The notes under the pieces are model-generated. The model was not told where the DNA came from, did no database searches, and was given only the letters and a program-made list of their open reading frames with translations. A stretch of 64,000 bases of DNA, from NCBI GenBank assembly GCA_965242525.1, contig OZ251459.1, positions 3,776,001 to 3,840,000 on the forward strand. Direction: 5' to 3'. Numbering within the stretch: position 1 is the stretch's first letter; each line of letters starts with the position of its first letter. The DNA is from an uncultured Candidatus Binatia bacterium (lineage in GTDB: Bacteria > Desulfobacterota > Binatia > UBA9968 > JAJDTQ01). Both the position numbers and the translations under genes were made by a program. Shown in pieces: positions 9,325-18,585 of the stretch.

Positions 9325-11670
9325 ATGAAAACCAAAACAGACAATAATGAACCATGCCCGCAAGTATTTGCTGCATTTCCGAGCAAACCACCGGAATTAT
9401 ACGATACTGTTAGGCGTGCGATTGGGAAAGCAGATAGTTCTGACAGTCAGTTAAGTTTTCATGCATGGCCGGAGAGCGATATTGCGGGACGGCCATTAAG
9501 CCAACCAATAGTGAGTGGTATAGAGAACGCCGCATTTGTTGTCGCCGATGTCACCATACTCAATTTCAACGTGACATATGAAATAGGATTTGCTATCGGT
9601 ACAAAGCGGCGTGTGTATCTTATTCGTAATCAAACCTTGAGGCAGGATGATGACAGTATTTCGAGGGTAGGCATTTTCGACACACTGGGGCATGTTGGAT
9701 ATGGCGACTCATTGGAATTAGCTAGGATTTTGACGTCAGGCATCGATCAAACACCCTTGGAGACCAATTTTCCACTGGACCAAAAAACGCCTGTCTATAT
9801 CCTAGAAACACCGTACCGGAACGACGATATGGGATACATTGTATCGCGAACGAAAAAAGCAAGACTTCAGTATCGAAGTTTCAATCCGTCTGAAGAAGTA
9901 AGAATGGCAGCGATCGACAGCGTAAAGCATGTAGCTAGTTCTCATGGTGTTATCTTGCCGTTGCTATCAACGGCGATGCGAGACGCCAGTATTCACAATA
10001 TCCGTGCGGCGTTCGTTGCCGGCTTAGCTCACGGAATGAGAAAACCGACGCTTATTTTGCAGGGTCAAGAGGGACCTGTGCCTTTAGATGTTCGAGATTT
10101 TGTGAAGAGCTACCGACACTTGAATGAAATCGACGAATACATACAGCAATTTGCTTTGGAAGTAGTTGACTCAATGCAAAATGTGGAACCGGCTGCGACA
10201 CCGACTAGGGATACGCTCGCACGATTAACTATCGGTGATCCAATGGCGGAGAATGAGTTTCAGATCTTAGATAATTATTATCTTCGACGCGACGAGTTTG
10301 GTCGATCTATCCGCGGGGAAGTCAACATGGTTGTTGGAAGGAAGGGATCAGGGAAGACAGCCTTGTTTTCCCAGGTTCGTAACGAACTCAGGCGAGACAC
10401 CTCTCGGATTGTGGTCGATCTCAAGCCAGAGGGCTATCAATTGGTCAAGCTAAAGGAGTTTGTGCTCGATCACCTCACTGGTGGAGCCAAGGAGCACTTG
10501 ATTACAGCCTTCTGGGAGTATCTCTTACTCCTGGAAGTCGCCTATAAGCTTCTTGAGAAGGACCAGACTCGCTATATGCGAGATCATGATATACATCCTC
10601 ACTACAAGAAACTACAGGATACCTACCAGAAATCTCCAAATGTAATATTGGGCGACTTCTCTGAACGACTTCGTGAGTTATCATCCCACGTCTCAGATGA
10701 GTACTACGCAAAGGCCCAAAAATACAACGACGGCCGCCTAACATCAGACGAGATCACCGAGGTTTTACATTCTAGAAATATTAAGGAACTTCGAGGAAAC
10801 ATTTCTCGCTATCTGGAGTACAAGGCAGGAGTATGGATTCTATTTGATAACCTGGATAGAGGCTGGAATGTTCCTCGTCCTACAACTAGCGATATTTTAA
10901 TCTTACGTTGCCTCATGGATGCAGGCCGGAAAATTCAGCGAGAAATGCAGCGAGAGGGGCACGATTTTCACTGTGTGGTGTTCATTAGGAATGACGTCTA
11001 TCAGTTGCTAATGAACCAAAGCCCTGATTTTGGCAAAGAGATGCGCGTATCACTTGATTGGAGTGACGCAGAAGTACTCAGGGAAGTCATCAGGCTACGA
11101 CTTGTTTACAATGGATTTCCGTCAGAGACAAAGTTTAGTGTCGTTTGGCCGAAAATCTGTATAAGTCACTACAGAGGGGAAGAGACGTCTCAGTATATGA
11201 TTGATCGCTGTTTGATGCGTCCACGAAATCTATTGAAAATCCTGAATCACTGCAAGGGCTCTGCGGTGAACTTAGGGCACGATCGCATTGAAGCTGACGA
11301 TATAAAGAAAGGAATACTTAGCTATTCATATGATCTATTGATCGAAGCCAGTCAGGAATTGGCAAACATTGATCCACAAGCTGAGGATGTTATTTATCGT
11401 TTTATTGGAGAGAGCTGGAGTTTTTCCGAGGGTGAGATGCTAGAGCTTTTGAAGCAACATGATTTACGAGAAGATCAGTGTGATTCGGTATTAACTTTTC
11501 TCCTCTATTTTGGCTTTCTCGGTATTCGAGTTGATAATGATGATCCTCTATACATTTTTCATGTTGGATACGACATGAAACAATTACAGATGCGTATAGA
11601 AAAGAACAAACATCATCTGAACTACACGTTGAACCCGGCTTTCTGGCCTGCGCTAGGCGTTGGCCCGTAA
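9325..11670 (+). CDS. Tandem NDT/TIR-like domains fused to an Sll1717-like P-loop ATPase (putative defence protein)
   Basis: FVVADVT..NFNVTYEIGFA motif; GDPMAENE; Walker A GRKGSGKT (10336-10359); Walker B ILFDNLD; visibly lower GC than the flanks. Confidence 0.7.
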   Translation: MKTKTDNNEPCPQVFAAFPSKPPELYDTVRRAIGKADSSDSQLSFHAWPESDIAGRPLSQPIVSGIENAAFVVADVTILNFNVTYEIGFAIGTKRRVYLIRNQTLRQDDDSISRVGIFDTLGHVGYGDSLELARILTSGIDQTPLETNFPLDQKTPVYILETPYRNDDMGYIVSRTKKARLQYRSFNPSEEVRMAAIDSVKHVASSHGVILPLLSTAMRDASIHNIRAAFVAGLAHGMRKPTLILQGQEGPVPLDVRDFVKSYRHLNEIDEYIQQFALEVVDSMQNVEPAATPTRDTLARLTIGDPMAENEFQILDNYYLRRDEFGRSIRGEVNMVVGRKGSGKTALFSQVRNELRRDTSRIVVDLKPEGYQLVKLKEFVLDHLTGGAKEHLITAFWEYLLLLEVAYKLLEKDQTRYMRDHDIHPHYKKLQDTYQKSPNVILGDFSERLRELSSHVSDEYYAKAQKYNDGRLTSDEITEVLHSRNIKELRGNISRYLEYKAGVWILFDNLDRGWNVPRPTTSDILILRCLMDAGRKIQREMQREGHDFHCVVFIRNDVYQLLMNQSPDFGKEMRVSLDWSDAEVLREVIRLRLVYNGFPSETKFSVVWPKICISHYRGEETSQYMIDRCLMRPRNLLKILNHCKGSAVNLGHDRIEADDIKKGILSYSYDLLIEASQELANIDPQAEDVIYRFIGESWSFSEGEMLELLKQHDLREDQCDSVLTFLLYFGFLGIRVDNDDPLYIFHVGYDMKQLQMRIEKNKHHLNYTLNPAFWPALGVGP

Positions 11671-11746
11671 TTGCCCACCGCTGATTCTTGATGAAGCCAC
11701 CTTCCGGTTTCCCCAGGGAAAAGAAGACGGCCATATGCCGATAGAA

Positions 11747-14700
11747 TTACATTTGTCGCGATACTGCCTCTCCCTGGAGTTTCTCGCCATCGTTAAGGGT
11801 TGAAAAGGATGTTCGGGTTGTAGCTAATAGTATCGTCCTAATCCGTCTTGCGGTATCGGTAAAGTGCTGGACTTCCTCTGGCCACAGCGGGCGGCCGAGG
11901 ATGTCGCGTTCGCGGTAGGAGAGCCATTTCTTGAGGACTTGGTAGCCGCCGAGTTTGTAGTTCCAGACCGCGGCGGGGACGTTGCGCCAGAAGGCGCGGT
12001 CGTTGAAGTACACGTCGAGCGTCGTGTCACCGAGGGCAGGGAGCGTATCGCGCATGGCGACGCGTTCGTCCAGTGTAAAAGCACGTTCGACGATCCGGCC
12101 TTGGCCAGGCATGACCGCGTCGCCGGTTCCGTAGTGGCCCCAGCCGGTGGTGAGGGCGAAGTTGTCGCCGGTCATGTTGCGCCCGTCCGTGGTGGCGGGC
12201 ACGGCGATGGCGGTTATCTCCGGGCGTAACGCGCCCGTGGTGACGCCGGAGACCGGCGTCTCAAGGTCGAGCAGGGCTGCGAGTTGGCGGCCCCGGGCGG
12301 CGGAGCGGGCGAGCGCATCAGCCACGTGGCTGTCCGGAAAGGCAGGACTTTGTTCGGTTGTGGGCGGGCGCCCCGCGGTCCCGGGAGCATGCCAGCCGGG
12401 AAGCGGGATGCGTGGGTACTCCATGCGGAGCGCCCCGGCGTTGGCCTCCCGGTAGGCGGGATCGTGAAGGGTGGCGAGGACGTGATGGAACAGGTCCTCG
12501 ACGCCAAGGCCGAGGCGTTTGAGGTAGCGTTCCGCCACGCCTGAAATGTTGGGGCGGCGGGTCTCGATAGTATTGTTTTCGGTACTTTCGTCGTTGCGAA
12601 GGTAAGCGGAAAAGAAACAAGTCGCATTCCCTATCAAATCATGACAACCGAGATGATCGGTCACACAGGCTCGTGGTTCAGCCGCTCCCTTTTGCGGCCG
12701 TTTGTTGAACGAGAGCCACAAATTTCCTGCGAAAACGTGCGGGCGATAATCCGCTCGCTTCTCGTCCAGCAGTTTCGTCTCCGCTTCCCAATACACCCAC
12801 CGATGGTCGAACGGGCGATACGCGAATCGAATGAACCCGGACTCGTCTGGGCCGCCCCGCGCAAGCAACGTCTCCCGGACAGCGCGCGGGTCGAACCGTG
12901 CCGTGGTCTTCATCACCGCGGGATAGCGCCGGGCGATCTCCTCATGGCTCAGGGCAGGGTCGAAGTAGTCCGTGATGCGCGCCTTCAGCCGTTCGAGGTC
13001 GGTATCGACGAGAAACCCGTCGCGGCTGGTCTTGACCCCAGGGAAGGACACCGGGAACAGCTCCGGCAACGCCGGCCAGTCGAACCAGTCCTCGCTCACC
13101 GCCGTTTGCACGAACGGCAGGCCCAGGGGCAGGAGCGGCGACACCTCGGCATACACCGCGTCCGGCGCCGCTTCCGCGGTTTCCAGCAACTCCTCCCGCT
13201 TCGCCTGACCCCACAGATGGCGGAAACCCACCGCTTCCGCCGGCGCATGGTCCGCCTTGCGCACCAGCGTCGCTATCGCCGTCCCCACCTGGATCCCCAC
13301 AGGGTCCCCTTCCGTCGAAAAGATGCTCGGGTCCGGCGTCCCGTCCGGCGCTACCTTCCCGGTCTTGTACTTGTCACCGTTCAGGCAGTCGATGCGCACC
13401 GCGTCGAACACTTCCAGGTACCGTTCCCGCATCCCCGTGAACGACAGGCCATCGAGCCACGAGTAGTTGGAGATGAAGCAGACCACGCCACGACCGGTCT
13501 TCTCCGCGATGCGCCGTTCCGCCATGCGGAAGAAGCGCACGTACAGGTCGTTCAACCCCTGTCCCTCCGGCCTTCGTACCCGCTTCGTCCTTCGGTAGGA
13601 TTCCGACAGTTCCCGCTCCTCGTCCACCGCCATGCCGGCAAAGCCGTTGTAGGGAGGGTTGCCCAGGATCACCAGGATGGGCCTGTCCTGTTTCACCCGC
13701 TCCGCCCGGTCCCGCTCTTCCTCCAGCTCGGGGAAGGGCAGCGGCTTGATGGTGTGCGGCTCCCAGCCGGTCAAGGCGTTGGTGAGGAAGACCCCGGGCC
13801 GTTCCTCCCCGTCATCCTTCAGGGGCGCGTCCAGGTCCTGCATGGTCAGTCCCACTTGCAGGTGAGCCACCACGAAGGGAGCGGGCATGATCTCGAAACC
13901 GAACACCCGCTCGGTGGCCGCCTGCTTCACCCGCGCCCCGGCCAACGCTCCCAGGCCGCGGCCTTCCAGGTTGGCGGCGATGCGGCGCAAGACCTCTGCC
14001 AGGTAGGCCCCGGTGCCGCAGCACGGGTCCAGCACATAGACGTTCTCCGCAGCCAGCCCCTCGGCAATGCCCAGGTCGTCCTTCAAGGCCCGGTCCACGC
14101 GGGTCACCATGTAGCGCACCACTTCGGAAGGGGTGTACCAGACGCCCAGTTGCTTGCGCAGGTCGGGGTCGAAGGCTTCGAGGAAGGGTTCGTAGAAATA
14201 GGGCACGGCCTCGCCTTCGTTGAAGCGGGCGAAGAAGGCCGCGTGGTCCACCCGGTCGAGTGCAGCGGCGGTCCAGTTCAGGACCTCGACGAGACCCAGC
14301 GGCTGCAGGCGGCCGGGGTCGGATAGTTGCTGGAACAACGCTCGGAGCACCGGCGCGCGCAGGTGCCATACCGCATCATGCCAATTGAAGCGGGCGGGAC
14401 GCCCGCGTTCCCAGGGGGGAGACGTTGGCAGGGACGTTCGGACTGCGGCCCTTGCCCACAGCACCCAGGCGGAGAAGACGCCGTAGAACAGCGTCTGCAC
14501 CAGGGTCGAACGGAAGAAGCGCGCGCCTTTCTCTCCCTCGAAGCGCACTCCCAACGCCTCTTCCAGCGCCTTGCGTACCGCCTCCAACGAGGGGGCGTCG
14601 CCCGCAGCCTCGACACGGGCCAAGCCGTCCCGGGCATAGGAGGCCAGCAGCCAAGCCAAGTCCCTGGGTTCGGTCAACGCTGCCCGATGCGACAGTGCCC

Positions 14701-15235
14701 GGCACAGGTACTCGCCCAACCCCGCGCCGACTTCCCGGGCAAAGATGCGGGGATGCTCCAACTTGCGGTGGAAGTCGTCCGCGCTTTCCGCCAGCCGGAA
14801 GGTTTCGAGCTTCGCCGGACGACCTGCCGCGTCTTCGCCCACCAACACGAAGTCGCGGGTGTTGGTCACCAGCACCAGCCGGTAGCGGCCCCGATAGCGG
14901 CTTACCTGACCGCCCGCTGCCGTGAGCCATGCGTCGTCGTCCGCGGCCTTCACTTCCACCACACCGCGTTCCGGCGTCTGGCCTTCGCGCGGTTGGCCCC
15001 GCTGGACTTGCTTCGCTGCGTAGAGGCCGAAGTCGGGATGGCCCGCGCCCTGGTCGGCAAGCTCCTGGACGCAGAACACCTTGGGCTTGAGGGCTGCGCC
15101 CGCGGCGTTCAGCAGGTTCGCCAGCGGTCCGTAGCTGGACCGCTCCCCGGTGGCGCCGCCCGAAGCTCGCACCCGACCCAAGTCGGCAAAATAGGTCTCT
15201 ACCGCTATGATCAGGTTCACGTTCGCTGCCATCAT
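11747..15235 (-). CDS. Single-chain restriction-modification enzyme (Type IIG/ISP-like N6-adenine MTase with N-terminal PD-(D/E)xK nuclease and C-terminal specificity domain)
   Basis: HPDFGL...VEVK; GVWYTP; VLDPCCGTG (motif I); GNPPY (motif IV); YRPFD and GGYQVLKKWL typical of the type ISP C-terminal domain; no helicase motifs seen. Confidence 0.85.
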   Translation of the reverse strand: MMAANVNLIIAVETYFADLGRVRASGGATGERSSYGPLANLLNAAGAALKPKVFCVQELADQGAGHPDFGLYAAKQVQRGQPREGQTPERGVVEVKAADDDAWLTAAGGQVSRYRGRYRLVLVTNTRDFVLVGEDAAGRPAKLETFRLAESADDFHRKLEHPRIFAREVGAGLGEYLCRALSHRAALTEPRDLAWLLASYARDGLARVEAAGDAPSLEAVRKALEEALGVRFEGEKGARFFRSTLVQTLFYGVFSAWVLWARAAVRTSLPTSPPWERGRPARFNWHDAVWHLRAPVLRALFQQLSDPGRLQPLGLVEVLNWTAAALDRVDHAAFFARFNEGEAVPYFYEPFLEAFDPDLRKQLGVWYTPSEVVRYMVTRVDRALKDDLGIAEGLAAENVYVLDPCCGTGAYLAEVLRRIAANLEGRGLGALAGARVKQAATERVFGFEIMPAPFVVAHLQVGLTMQDLDAPLKDDGEERPGVFLTNALTGWEPHTIKPLPFPELEEERDRAERVKQDRPILVILGNPPYNGFAGMAVDEERELSESYRRTKRVRRPEGQGLNDLYVRFFRMAERRIAEKTGRGVVCFISNYSWLDGLSFTGMRERYLEVFDAVRIDCLNGDKYKTGKVAPDGTPDPSIFSTEGDPVGIQVGTAIATLVRKADHAPAEAVGFRHLWGQAKREELLETAEAAPDAVYAEVSPLLPLGLPFVQTAVSEDWFDWPALPELFPVSFPGVKTSRDGFLVDTDLERLKARITDYFDPALSHEEIARRYPAVMKTTARFDPRAVRETLLARGGPDESGFIRFAYRPFDHRWVYWEAETKLLDEKRADYRPHVFAGNLWLSFNKRPQKGAAEPRACVTDHLGCHDLIGNATCFFSAYLRNDESTENNTIETRRPNISGVAERYLKRLGLGVEDLFHHVLATLHDPAYREANAGALRMEYPRIPLPGWHAPGTAGRPPTTEQSPAFPDSHVADALARSAARGRQLAALLDLETPVSGVTTGALRPEITAIAVPATTDGRNMTGDNFALTTGWGHYGTGDAVMPGQGRIVERAFTLDERVAMRDTLPALGDTTLDVYFNDRAFWRNVPAAVWNYKLGGYQVLKKWLSYRERDILGRPLWPEEVQHFTDTARRIRTILLATTRTSFSTLNDGEKLQGEAVSRQM

Positions 15236-15457
15236 CCCGGATCCACCACCAAAAAGGGGAGCACCTCGTTGGCGCCCGCAGTGGAGCGGGCCAAGATGGA
15301 GTTGCAAGAGAGAAGAACCATCACCAACGAGGTGCAAGTATCAAGAGGCAAGGACTGTTGGGAATCCAGTACCGGGAAGAGAAGGATGGTGGACGAGTAT
15401 GTGGGGATGTGAGCGGGGGGACAGTGTTGGCGAGACAGCCGGAGGCGTCCAGTACCA

Positions 15458-15688
15458 TCAGCGTGATTCTCGTTCTTCGCGGAGGACGTCGGCAGGCGAA
15501 CGGTCGAGCAAAACCTCGGGTTGCTCGGCGATGGTCCGAAGCAGTTCCTGGCGGCTCGGCCGCGAGAGGGACTTCTCGATTTCTCGCAGGACGTAGAGGG
15601 ACATGGACACGCCCTCCATGGCCGCACGGGCTTTCAACCGACGGTGCAGCGCATCCGGGACGTTACGGACCTGGATCATCGTTGCCAT
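15458..15688 (-). CDS. FitA/VapB-like ribbon-helix-helix antitoxin
   Basis: IQVRNVPDALHRRLKARAAMEGVSMS RHH signature; stop overlaps an MVLDAS VapC-like stub. Confidence 0.85.
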   Translation of the reverse strand: MATMIQVRNVPDALHRRLKARAAMEGVSMSLYVLREIEKSLSRPSRQELLRTIAEQPEVLLDRSPADVLREERESR

Positions 15689-15694
15689 GCAGCA

Positions 15695-15723
15695 AGTATG
15701 AAAACTTGCAAATCGTATGTCAA
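15695..15723 (-). promoter_or_regulatory. sigma70 promoter, probably giving a leaderless antitoxin mRNA
   Basis: TTGACA-N17-CATACT on the minus strand; ATG starts 7 nt after the -10 box; no SD. Confidence 0.65.
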
Positions 15724-15749
15724 CTCGCTTCGGCGGCAGAGTCGGGAGA

Positions 15750-16001
15750 GCGTCCTTCGACTTCGCTTCGCTACGCTCAGGACGAACGGAGGGTTATGGA
15801 TTCCCGCTTTCGCGGGAATGACAGAGGGTGGGCGTCTGCGGAATGACGGGGAGGGGGTATCCGTGACGCCAAACCGAGGACGGCATGGTCGGAATGGGAG
15901 GAAATCCCACCTCATCGCGGGGTGAGGAGGGTCACGTGAGGGAATACATCTCTCCGTGACTCCGTTGTTCAGGGTTTCCTTGACCGTTGTTCAGAGTTTC
16001 C
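15750..16001 (-). repeat. Repeat cluster: MITE core (15750-15789), ATTCCC-N8-GGGAAT palindrome (15798-15822), two TIR-like ends (15964-15979 and ~15986-16001)
   Basis: Direct sequence match to the other copies. Confidence 0.8.
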
Positions 16002-16011
16002 CCGGCGGGGT

Positions 16012-16335
16012 TCAGGCCATGGCCTTGTCGATCTCGCTCACCAAGCGGGCCTTGGGGGCCGCGCCCACGACCTGGCCCGAAAGCTCGCCCTGCTTGAAGA
16101 TCATGAGGTTGGGGATCCCCCGCACGCCGTAGCGGCCGGGCGTCTCGGGGTTCTCGTCCACGTTGATCTTCACGACCTTGAGCCTGCCGTCGTACTCTTG
16201 GGCCAGCTCTTCCAGCACCGGCGCAATGGACTTGCACGGGCCGCACCACGGCGCCCAGAAGTCCACCAGCACCGGCACCGGCGCCTGGATCACCTCGGCT
16301 TCGAAGTCGTTGTCCGCTATGTGGGATATGGCCAT
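16012..16335 (-). CDS. trxA: Thioredoxin
   Basis: [12 protein letters not shown] active site, 107 aa. Confidence 0.97.
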   Translation of the reverse strand: MAISHIADNDFEAEVIQAPVPVLVDFWAPWCGPCKSIAPVLEELAQEYDGRLKVVKINVDENPETPGRYGVRGIPNLMIFKQGELSGQVVGAAPKARLVSEIDKAMA

Positions 16336-16398
16336 CGAGAGTGTCTCCTTCCGTTCCGTCGATGCGACGTCGTGTGACGTGTCCGAGCCGCCAAGCCG

Positions 16399-17889
16399 CT
16401 AGATTTCCCGGAGCAGGTTCAGGATCGTGCGTACGCCGAAACCCGTTCCCCCTTTCGGGCATATGGGGCGCTCCTTGGCAGCGAACGCGGGTCCGGCGAT
16501 GTCCAGGTGCGCCCAGGGGGTCTCCCCCACGAACTCTTGCAGGAACAGGGCCGCGGTGACGGCGCCGGCCGAGCCGCCGCCCACGTTCTTGATGTCCGCC
16601 ACCTGGCTCTTGATGTCCTCGCGGTACTCGGCCGCGAGAGGCAAACGCCAGAGGCCTTCGCCCGCGTCCCGGCCGCACGCGATGAGCTTGTCCGCGAGCT
16701 CCTCGTCGTTGCTGAAGAGTCCCGCCAGCTCGTTGCCCAGAGCCACGATGCAGGCGCCCGTGAGGGTGGCGAGGTCGATGATGCAGTCGGGCTTCTCGCG
16801 GGCCGCCAGCAACAGCGCGTCCGCGAGTATGAGCCGCCCTTCGGCGTCGGTGTTCACGACCTCCGCGGTCTTGCCGTTGGGGTAGCGGATGACGTCCCCG
16901 GGTTTCTGCGCGCCGCCGCCGGGGAGGTTGTCCGTGGCCGGGGCCATGCCCACCACTTCGGCGTTGGGCGCCAGATCGGGCAGCGCGCTCATGACGCCGA
17001 TGACCGCGGCGGCCCCCGCCATGTCCAGCTTCATGGTCTCCATGGAGCGCGCCGTCTTGAGGGAAAGTCCGCCGGAGTCGAAGGTGATCCCCTTGCCGAT
17101 GAGGACCACCTTCTTGCGGGGCTTGCCCCCGGGCCGGTAGCGCATACGGATGAACCGGGGCTCCTCCCGGCTTCCCCGGTTGACCGCCAGCAGGCCCGCC
17201 AGCTTCAACTGCTCGATCCTCCTCCGGCCCCACACATCGACCTTCAGCCCCTCGCCGCGGCAATGGGCCGCGGCCTGCTCCGACAGGTAGCTCGCGGTGG
17301 CCGAGGACGGCGGCTCGTTCACCAGGTCCCGGGCCAGGCAGACGGCCGACGCGGTGGCCTTGGCGCTCCTCAGGGCCCGGGCCAACGCGCTGTTCCTCCC
17401 GGACGAGGTCCGTCCGAGCACCAGCGTGCGCAGTCGTCCCGAGTGGTTGCCGTTGGACCTGTACCGGGTGAAGCGGTAGGCGTTGAGGAGGGCGCCCTCG
17501 GCCGCCGCGCCCGCCACCGGTTCGGTCTCCCGGTCCGGCGGCAGCAGGAAGACCGCCTCGTCGGCCCACAGGCGCCCGGCCTCCCTGGCGGTGACGGCCC
17601 CGGCCACGCGCCAGGCATGGATCCCCCCTTGGGGTCCGTCCTCTTCCTGCTTGCCGACCCCCACCAGCAACACGTGGGCGGCCGGCAGCAGGCCGTGGGT
17701 GGCCGCCAGCAGCGAGGTCCCGCGTCTGCCGGCGAATCCGCTCTTCTTGGCCAACGCGCGGAGCCGGCCCTGGAGCGGACCGTCGAGGCTCGGCGCGAGG
17801 CTTTCCTCGAAGCCCCCGTCCGTGACCGGCACGGCCAGCAGCGCGGTCTTGACCTGCGCCGGAGCGACTTCTCTCAGCCTGGTTTCCAT
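16399..17889 (-). CDS. pepA: Leucyl aminopeptidase (M17)
   Basis: GKGITFDSGG, MKLDMAG, NTDAEGRL and HLDIAG motifs. Confidence 0.96.
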   Translation of the reverse strand: METRLREVAPAQVKTALLAVPVTDGGFEESLAPSLDGPLQGRLRALAKKSGFAGRRGTSLLAATHGLLPAAHVLLVGVGKQEEDGPQGGIHAWRVAGAVTAREAGRLWADEAVFLLPPDRETEPVAGAAAEGALLNAYRFTRYRSNGNHSGRLRTLVLGRTSSGRNSALARALRSAKATASAVCLARDLVNEPPSSATASYLSEQAAAHCRGEGLKVDVWGRRRIEQLKLAGLLAVNRGSREEPRFIRMRYRPGGKPRKKVVLIGKGITFDSGGLSLKTARSMETMKLDMAGAAAVIGVMSALPDLAPNAEVVGMAPATDNLPGGGAQKPGDVIRYPNGKTAEVVNTDAEGRLILADALLLAAREKPDCIIDLATLTGACIVALGNELAGLFSNDEELADKLIACGRDAGEGLWRLPLAAEYREDIKSQVADIKNVGGGSAGAVTAALFLQEFVGETPWAHLDIAGPAFAAKERPICPKGGTGFGVRTILNLLREI

Positions 17890-17898
17890 GGACTTGGG

Positions 17899-18474
17899 TC
17901 AGAAGCGGTGAGGGGTCCGAATGAGGTTCATGAACTCGCTGCGGGTCTTCTCCTGGGTCTGGAAGGCGCCGAGGAGGGCGCTGGTGATGATGGTGGAGTT
18001 CTGTTTCTGCACGCCGCGCATGCGCATGCACATGTGCTCGGCTTCCATCACCACGCCGGCGCCCAGCGGGTCGATGCGTTCCATGATCGTCTGGGCGACC
18101 TGGTTGGTGAGCCGCTCCTGGACCTGGAGGCGGTGGGCGTAGGCGTCCACCAGCCGCGCGAGCTTGGAGACCCCCACGATCTTGTGGCGCGGGATGTAGG
18201 CCACGTGGGCCTTGCCGTGGAAAGGCAGCATGTGGTGCTCGCAGAGGGAGTAGAAGTCGATGTCCTTCTCGACGATCATCTCCTGGTAGTCTTCGGCGAA
18301 CAGCGCGCCGTTGATGATGTCGTCCGGGTCCTCGCGGTAGCCGCTGGTGAGGAACTCCCAGGCCGCGGCCACCCGCGCCGGCGTCTTCTGGAGACCTTCC
18401 CGGTCCGGGTCTTCCCCGAGGGTCGTCAGTATGGCCCGGACGTGCGCTGCGAGGGAATCCACGGGTTTCTCCAT
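17899..18474 (-). CDS. folE: GTP cyclohydrolase I
   Basis: [38 protein letters not shown]. Confidence 0.97.
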   Translation of the reverse strand: MEKPVDSLAAHVRAILTTLGEDPDREGLQKTPARVAAAWEFLTSGYREDPDDIINGALFAEDYQEMIVEKDIDFYSLCEHHMLPFHGKAHVAYIPRHKIVGVSKLARLVDAYAHRLQVQERLTNQVAQTIMERIDPLGAGVVMEAEHMCMRMRGVQKQNSTIITSALLGAFQTQEKTRSEFMNLIRTPHRF

Positions 18475-18585
18475 GCGGTCGGCAGGTCTCGGAAGGGACA
18501 CCGGGGCAACTTAGCATCTGCCCCAAGGCCGGTCAAATCCACGCCCGGAATTGTGGTTGGCCCCGGAACCCCTTAGAATGGAGCC

